Shown here: positions 57,808 to 64,000 of the stretch, one piece after another
Layout: every line of letters begins with the position of its first letter
Position numbering within the stretch: the stretch's first letter is position 1
Assembly: GCA_963713925.1 (NCBI GenBank)
Contig: OY970212.1
Coordinates: 64,001 to 128,000 of the forward strand
Direction of reading: 5' to 3'
DNA: 64,000 bases
Source: an uncultured bacterium
GTDB lineage: Bacteria > Babelota > Babeliae > Babelales > Vermiphilaceae
Program-made: the position numbers and the translations under genes
Notes under the pieces: model-generated
Database searches by the model: none
The model's input: the letters and a program-made list of their open reading frames with translations, nothing else
Told to the model about the DNA's origin: nothing

Positions 57808-58228
57808 GGGTCCCCTCCGCGGGGACTCGCGACAAAAACGGTCTCGCTTGCCCTGCGAAACTTGCCGAGCTGAACGCCCGGACAAGTGAAGCACGGGCCA
57901 CTGTTTTTGTATTTCGGGCGCTTAAGACCGAGGTCTTAAGAATCCCTCGAGGTTCAACTCACCATACACAATTTAACAAATTGTTTCATTGGTTCGGTGA
58001 ACCTCATCAGACTTTTTTCTTTATTAATGCCGATTTTAATGCATTGGCAATTGGCCTGGAATTGTAATATTGCTTCAATGGTAGTTTCGCGAGACCGAAG
58101 CAATTTCGCAGAAATTGTGTGTGTCGAGGTTTGAAATGAATGACGGTTTTTTAAGGCAGAGCCTTAAACGCCTGTTTTGCAAAAGGGTTGGCGAGAACCC
58201 TTTTGCCGCTGGCCCACGCGCAGTGGGC
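57808..58228. other. highly structured non-coding segment (ncRNA or MITE-like, unassigned)
   Basis: At least six local hairpins plus long-range complementarity between 57839-57862 and 58083-58097. Confidence 0.45.
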
Positions 58229-60117
58229 TATCCTATTCGCTTAAATTTTTTCTCAATATCATAAGTTGAAATCAACCAACCGGTTGGTCTGCCGTGCGGA
58301 CATGTTAATCGATTGTTGCATCGTGCCAAATCAGCAATAAGTTGTTGCATTTGCTCTCTTGAGAGTTCATCGCCCGCTTTTACGGCTGCTTTGCAGGCCA
58401 TTTGTGCATGCAGCTTTTCGTTTACATATTTTTTGCATAATTCAATCGGCGTATGCGCTTGTTCTTTAATCCATGAGATCATTTGTTTTACAAGGTCGGC
58501 CCCATCAAGATCTTTTGCATGCACCGGAGTTGCATGAATAATTAATTGCGCAGGACCAAATCGATCAATGATAAATCCGCTGTGTGAAAGCAACTCAAAA
58601 AAAGGTTCTGTGAATGTTATTTCTTGTTCAGGCATGTTAATGATTTGCGGAAACAAAAGAGTTACTGACGAGACCGATTCAAATCGACTTGAAAACTTTT
58701 CATACAAAATGCGTTCATGCGCTGCGTGCTGATCGACAATAAAAAGCCCATCCGGTCTTTCAAGCAAAATGTAAGTTTTGTGCAATTGCCCAACAATAAT
58801 TTCTTGCGCGAGATCTAATGGAGTTAGTTGTTGTTCTGTAAGTATTGTTGCCACGGGTTGTTTTGAGCCGCTTTCAGACATTTGTGTTGCAAATCCGGTT
58901 CCAATTATGCTCTGCGCAACTTGTTGATCGTTGTTTGTTGCATAAAATTCGTCAAATGGCGCCGGGAGAGGCTGTTGTGCAACGGTTGGTATTTGTTGTG
59001 TGGAAGTGGCATATGGCGTAAAAATGGCGGCAGATTGATAACTAAAAGATTTTTCAAATGAAGTTCCATAAAATAGTTGTCGCTCTTGGGTTTTCAGTGT
59101 AACCGGAGTCGCAAGAGAAGCCGATAAGTGATTTTCAAGCGTTGTTTTTATTCCATTGGTAACAAGTTGTTCAATAGTTCGCGGATGCAAAAATTGCACT
59201 TCTTCTTTACGCGGATGGATGTTGATATCTACTTCTACGCTCGGCACGGTGATAAATAATGCGCCACAGGGGTATTTTCCTTGTGGTAATACATTGGAAT
59301 ATCCCTTTATAAATGCAGATATCAGTTTTTGATTTTTAACCCATCTATTATTCACAAACATAAACAATGAGCTTCGGTCATATTTACCATACACATGATC
59401 TGAGATAATCCCCTCAATCGTATATGGCTCTTTTGAAGTTTTTGATAGATCGAGCAAATGTCTCGAACAACTTGCATCCCACAATTGACTTGCGCGTTTG
59501 AGATATGAATCAGTCGGAGGGCAGTTGTATAATTCTTTTCCGTCATGAATTAATTTGAAGTGAATGGAGAGATGAGTGAGACATATGGCGTAAAAAAGTG
59601 ATGTGATTGCGCGGAATTCCGTTTCATCAGATTTAAGAAATTTTTTACGTGCCGGCACATTAAAAAAAAGATCGCTTATTGATATATCGGTGCCTACCGG
59701 TAAAGCGCATTCGCTTTCACACTCGAAACGACCTTGGTTTAATTTGATATGTGTGCCAACCTCTTGAGTGTCGGTCTTTGTTTTTACATCAACTAAACTT
59801 ACTGATGCAATACTTGCCAAAGCTTCTCCGCGAAAACCAAAAGTGAGGACAAAACTCAAGTCGTCGACACAGGTAATTTTGCTTGTTGTATGGGGCTGAA
59901 AACAAAGACGAGCATCTTCTGGGTCCATTCCGCAACCATTATCAATAATTCGAATAAGCTGTTTACCCGATTGTTCAATCATGATAGTAATGGATGTTGC
60001 GCCCGCGTCAATTGCGTTTTCAACAAGCTCTTTAACTACGTTTACAGGACGTTCAACTACTTCTCCGGCAGCTATTTTTTGAATTTCAGATGCTGCTAAT
60101 TGCTTGATGCGAGTCAT
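58228..60117 (-). CDS. mutL: DNA mismatch repair endonuclease MutL
   Basis: KIAAGEVVERP..VVKELVENAIDAG, GFRGEALASI, DQHAAHERILYE, ACKAAVK, CPHGRP. Confidence 0.97.
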   Translation of the reverse strand: MTRIKQLAASEIQKIAAGEVVERPVNVVKELVENAIDAGATSITIMIEQSGKQLIRIIDNGCGMDPEDARLCFQPHTTSKITCVDDLSFVLTFGFRGEALASIASVSLVDVKTKTDTQEVGTHIKLNQGRFECESECALPVGTDISISDLFFNVPARKKFLKSDETEFRAITSLFYAICLTHLSIHFKLIHDGKELYNCPPTDSYLKRASQLWDASCSRHLLDLSKTSKEPYTIEGIISDHVYGKYDRSSLFMFVNNRWVKNQKLISAFIKGYSNVLPQGKYPCGALFITVPSVEVDINIHPRKEEVQFLHPRTIEQLVTNGIKTTLENHLSASLATPVTLKTQERQLFYGTSFEKSFSYQSAAIFTPYATSTQQIPTVAQQPLPAPFDEFYATNNDQQVAQSIIGTGFATQMSESGSKQPVATILTEQQLTPLDLAQEIIVGQLHKTYILLERPDGLFIVDQHAAHERILYEKFSSRFESVSSVTLLFPQIINMPEQEITFTEPFFELLSHSGFIIDRFGPAQLIIHATPVHAKDLDGADLVKQMISWIKEQAHTPIELCKKYVNEKLHAQMACKAAVKAGDELSREQMQQLIADLARCNNRLTCPHGRPTGWLISTYDIEKKFKRIG

Positions 60118-60244
60118 GAAGTTTCCATGTTTATTGGCAATGTTGCACAAAAAAGTGATAACGAGAATTGGGGTGAGATGACAGAAAGCCTATTTTCCCC
60201 TAAGCTAAGATATCATTATACAATTCGTTATTCAAAAGGGAAGA

Positions 60245-63211
60245 ATGAGCATGAAAAGAATTGCATCGTTGGGTACCAAATCGAAAATTCTGATTGGGAT
60301 TTCAAAAAATCTATTTCTCATTACATTTTTTGCATGTTTTTGCGGATTTTATTCAGTTGCATCTGATGAAGCGCAAAAACCAAAATCGGAATCGGAAATA
60401 TCGGCTCGTCTTGATCAATTATCATTAAAAAGCAGCCCAGATCATTTCATGTATGTTTCAGGGACGCAACAGGTTGAAGAAAAATCAGTTCACCAGTTGT
60501 TTATCGCATATCGAACAACAATAGACATCACACATACAAAAATTGCTCCTGTTTTGAAAGAAAAAGCGATTACACTAAAAGGGTCTGTTGATAATCCTTT
60601 GTGGAACAAGAAAATCAAGCATTTCTGCCCTCTCTCTCGAGCGTGCGTTTTAATAGTTCTAGAAGAAGAACCGGAGGGTATATACTGCCTCCTTCACACT
60701 ACAGAAGCCAATCATGTAACAAAACTTGATGCAATCAAAACAGAGCAAAAACATGATTGCCAACAAATCATAAGTATGACCCCACTAAACGCGACTCATG
60801 TATGTGTACTTGCTCAAGAAAAAAATGACAGTCCGTTTGGGCGAGATGGAACAGGGATTACTATAATAAAAGTAGATCAAAAGAATGAGAAAGTAACGAT
60901 TGAAAAAAAAGAAGAAGAAAAACCCTTTCTACTCTTGCAGCAAATGACACAAGGGCAAATTGATACAAAAAAAGCAAAAATAACCGAAGAAAATTCAGAT
61001 CAATTCGATTGTGTTGCCGAATGGCAAGATAGCCCTATTTCTGACGAAACGCACCCGTTTTTTTTCGACTTAGGTAAGCATAGTCAGCTTCTTGGGCAAA
61101 GTGCCACTTTTGAAACATTAACTCCGGGAATCGGTTTGTATAAAGATCCGCTGTCGGGCAATGTGTTGTTGGCAATGCACGGGAAAACAGGAAGTACAAA
61201 TGTGGGCATTGCCCAAACCACTCTCGCTTTTCGTCTACATGAACATACTGAGCAAAAAAAGAGCGAAAAAGAAGAGAGTGCTGAGGCCACCAAGGCCGTG
61301 TCCGGCGGGGCTGCAAAAAGCGAAACCGTGACGGAACAGTCCACCTCTGCCAAGGCTGCGGCGGGACAGGGGGAAGAAAAAAAAGAACCACCAATTATTC
61401 ACAGACAGCTTTTAGTAAGATCGGTATGTGCCAATATTCAGACAGGTCAAGATGAGCAGAATAATTACATTCTTGCGACAAATCAGACCGGAGATTTTAT
61501 TAAGAATGATCAGGTCATTCCAATGCGCACCTCGACGCAGTATATTTATTTCATCACCCGCTCAGAAAGTGCGGATGGTAAGCAGAATATGTTTATGGTG
61601 CCGGGGATTATTTCAGGCAACAATGTCTTTTCATTGGCACATAAAGCAAAACCTTTGAACAAGGGGAAGCCACGCAGAAAAAGTGCACGAGTTCCAATCT
61701 CTATCTTTGATGCAAAAACGGGTTCCGATATTCCGACAGCAAAAGAACGTGAATATCAGATTAACACTGATGACCTTCCTGGAACAGTTACCCATATCGA
61801 AACACTCGGCGATTGTATTTTTGTCTCAACTGCGGATGAAAAAGCAGGTGGTATTTTTGTCACACGTGCGCTTTTTGCTTCTGATGGAAGAGTTGCTGGC
61901 TGGACAATGTGGAAACGCGTGAATGGCATTACCGCTCCGGTAAAACATTTTTCTCTGGAGACTTTCGGGCAGAAGTCGATTTTTTATGTAACAAGCCAAG
62001 AAGAAAAAGATATGGTGCACATGAGTGTGCTCGATATTATTCCAACACTGAATAAAGAATATGCGCTGAATCTATTTGAAGGGCAAGAAGGCGTGCGCAT
62101 TATTGAAAACTTATTCACCGGATCGAGTGGGGTCCCCGATTGTAGCGCAGGTGTAAATTGGGGTCAAACTGAAAAACCGGACAACATAGTTGCGTTTGTT
62201 GGCAAATCGGAGCTCACGCTCGTCAATGCGGGACAAGGAACCGAACCATTACACACCATTCTTTCAAGTAATCAACACTCCATTTCTATTTCAATGCAAG
62301 CACTTACGACCATAGGATCGATAAGGTCAGTTTGCTTGGTGCATGACCCTGTTAAAACACAATCATGGCTTACATTGTCAGGAGATAGAGGTCTTGCTTT
62401 TTTATGCAATCCTGATGGCGAAGGTATTCCAAGCAATGCTTCGGGCGCTGAGTTTTTGGCATATGCAAAACAACAAGAATTTGTCACTTTTACTTCCGAT
62501 TTTCATATTAAAAAAATCGTTGCGGCACATGGTGCGTTGTTTATCTTAAGTGATAGGCAATTGTATCGTGTCGATTGGGAGGGGGCTCAGAAAAAAACAC
62601 TTCTTGAATCGGCGGTTTCAATTTTTGAGAAATCAGATCTGCTTTTGTTCGATGTTGCCATTTGTGGTCCTCTTATTGCTTTAGCTACAAGTGAAGGTCT
62701 GCTTCGAAACGGAGATCATACGAGCGCGAGCCGAATAGGTGTAGATCAACTTGCCAATTGGGTTTCTGTTGAATTGCCCTATCAAATAAAGCCTACGGTA
62801 AAACTTCATCTTGTTGCACAAAATTCGGCACATCTGGATATGGCGCAACACGGAATGTTGTATGTAGTCAGCTCATTTCGGGGGCAACACAAAACCACGA
62901 TCCATCGCCTTGCAATTGGGTTGTCTGATGAGGTTGAATCTGACACATTATTACCGGTTGATGATGCCCAGTATCTTGATGTGCGGCCATTTTTTGTGAC
63001 CCATACGTATCAGGATCAGATTTTTGTTGATGGTTTGCATCATTACTGTGTGTTTAAAAATAAGATCGGAAGCGGGCTAGCCACTCTTGAGGGTGGAAAA
63101 TATATCCCATATGCTCTTGAGAAAGATGAACCGCTTCATACCATAGCCTGCTGCCAAGCGACAGGACAATACATAGTGAGCGGGAAGAACAATTTATATA
63201 TAAGTAAGTGA
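60245..63211 (+). CDS. large secreted beta-rich (propeller-like) hypothetical protein
   Basis: 988-aa ORF, N-terminal hydrophobic segment, repeated short strand motifs (IFVS, LFILS, ALATSEGL). Confidence 0.65.
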   Translation: MSMKRIASLGTKSKILIGISKNLFLITFFACFCGFYSVASDEAQKPKSESEISARLDQLSLKSSPDHFMYVSGTQQVEEKSVHQLFIAYRTTIDITHTKIAPVLKEKAITLKGSVDNPLWNKKIKHFCPLSRACVLIVLEEEPEGIYCLLHTTEANHVTKLDAIKTEQKHDCQQIISMTPLNATHVCVLAQEKNDSPFGRDGTGITIIKVDQKNEKVTIEKKEEEKPFLLLQQMTQGQIDTKKAKITEENSDQFDCVAEWQDSPISDETHPFFFDLGKHSQLLGQSATFETLTPGIGLYKDPLSGNVLLAMHGKTGSTNVGIAQTTLAFRLHEHTEQKKSEKEESAEATKAVSGGAAKSETVTEQSTSAKAAAGQGEEKKEPPIIHRQLLVRSVCANIQTGQDEQNNYILATNQTGDFIKNDQVIPMRTSTQYIYFITRSESADGKQNMFMVPGIISGNNVFSLAHKAKPLNKGKPRRKSARVPISIFDAKTGSDIPTAKEREYQINTDDLPGTVTHIETLGDCIFVSTADEKAGGIFVTRALFASDGRVAGWTMWKRVNGITAPVKHFSLETFGQKSIFYVTSQEEKDMVHMSVLDIIPTLNKEYALNLFEGQEGVRIIENLFTGSSGVPDCSAGVNWGQTEKPDNIVAFVGKSELTLVNAGQGTEPLHTILSSNQHSISISMQALTTIGSIRSVCLVHDPVKTQSWLTLSGDRGLAFLCNPDGEGIPSNASGAEFLAYAKQQEFVTFTSDFHIKKIVAAHGALFILSDRQLYRVDWEGAQKKTLLESAVSIFEKSDLLLFDVAICGPLIALATSEGLLRNGDHTSASRIGVDQLANWVSVELPYQIKPTVKLHLVAQNSAHLDMAQHGMLYVVSSFRGQHKTTIHRLAIGLSDEVESDTLLPVDDAQYLDVRPFFVTHTYQDQIFVDGLHHYCVFKNKIGSGLATLEGGKYIPYALEKDEPLHTIACCQATGQYIVSGKNNLYISK
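61285..61371 (-). repeat. in-frame palindromic repeat copies inside the 988-aa gene
   Basis: 61340-61371 is 28/32 identical to 21613-21644; GGCCGTGTCCGGCGGGGCT..AGCGAA resembles the polA insertion core. Confidence 0.65.
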
Positions 63212-63216
63212 ATGTA

Positions 63217-64000
63217 ATGAAATTTAAAAAAAACTATACGCCATTATTTTTTACCACGATTCTGATTTTTTCTGTACATACTATTAGCAGCTTGGGTCAG
63301 TTTAACTGGCTTCGTCCCTACGATCCGCTTATAGTTCCTGATGTTGAAGTATGCTCCGGATTTCAGGCTATCGCTTATGCAGAATTCGGAGTAAAAAATG
63401 CAACAGGTTATAATCTCAAAGGTGATCCGACGAATCCTCTGAAAATATGGGATGACACGCAAGACGCATTGGCCATGCTCTTTGGATTCGATCAAAGTAG
63501 TCCTGAGGGGAAGTTGTTGTTGCAAATAGATGCATCGGATATACCACCGCGCGGTCACTTAAATGTGTGTGGTGATCTCAAGCAAGATTGGGCATTCGCG
63601 CTTGGAGCACGATATTTCTTTTGGGATCATTTATATATCAGTGCCTATATTCCATTTTTCGGTTTAAAACTTGATGATGTTACGTGGTGCGACCTAACTC
63701 CCGATGACGGAGACTTTGAAAACACGCAAGTACGCACTCTTTTAACTCAAAATCTCATGGATGTTGTTCATGAATTTGATCCTTGTTTGCGCTTATGTGG
63801 ATGGAAGCGGTCAGGAGCGGGAGATTTGGCGGCCTTTGTTGGATTTTTAAAAGATTTTCCACAAACACGTCCTATGCTTGAAAATGTAGGTTTGCATGGT
63901 CGATTTGGATTCAATTTTCCTACTGGAAAACAGCAGGAGGAAGACCTCGTTTTTGCGGTTCCTTTTGGGTACGACGGTTCGGGTGGTATTTTCGGATCAG
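63217..64000 (+). CDS. secreted/outer-membrane hypothetical protein (3' end outside the window)
   Basis: Not in the ORF track because it has no stop. Open frame from ATG 63217 to the window end: signal peptide, FNWLRPYD, G.GDL, FPTG, PFGYDG. Confidence 0.7.
   Translation, partial: MKFKKNYTPLFFTTILIFSVHTISSLGQFNWLRPYDPLIVPDVEVCSGFQAIAYAEFGVKNATGYNLKGDPTNPLKIWDDTQDALAMLFGFDQSSPEGKLLLQIDASDIPPRGHLNVCGDLKQDWAFALGARYFFWDHLYISAYIPFFGLKLDDVTWCDLTPDDGDFENTQVRTLLTQNLMDVVHEFDPCLRLCGWKRSGAGDLAAFVGFLKDFPQTRPMLENVGLHGRFGFNFPTGKQQEEDLVFAVPFGYDGSGGIFGS

Overview
This is a 64 kb, AT-rich bacterial chromosome segment. Gene content suggests an intracellular, amoeba-associated lineage, most likely Dependentiae/Babelota (TM6); this is an inference from an Npt/Tlc-type nucleotide translocase, many short signal-peptide orphan genes and a eukaryote-like Skp1/WD40 protein. 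The housekeeping backbone comprises comM, acpS, tRNA-fMet, murJ, lon, secG, mlaE/F/D, a type II secretion F/G/H/I/J/K cluster, rho, secF, rpmA, polA, rnhB, ftsY, rne/rng, a Pal/OmpA lipoprotein, rluD, mgtE, infB, nusA, an aquaporin and mutL. A probable oriC, not next to dnaA, has non-canonical TTATCCACC boxes at about 56.7-57.0 kb. Accessory content includes two polymorphic toxin/immunity loci, one with a HINT domain and one with an Ntox21-like tip. The most striking unexplained structure is a dispersed, modular and nested family of short palindromic (REP/RPE-like) repeats. Copies lie in 5' UTRs and also in frame inside polA (with a 15-bp flanking duplication), gspJ and a 988-aa gene. A small stand-alone GIY-YIG nuclease gene is bracketed by paired palindromes of its own and is a candidate mobiliser. 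All alignments and counts were made by eye; no database searches were run.
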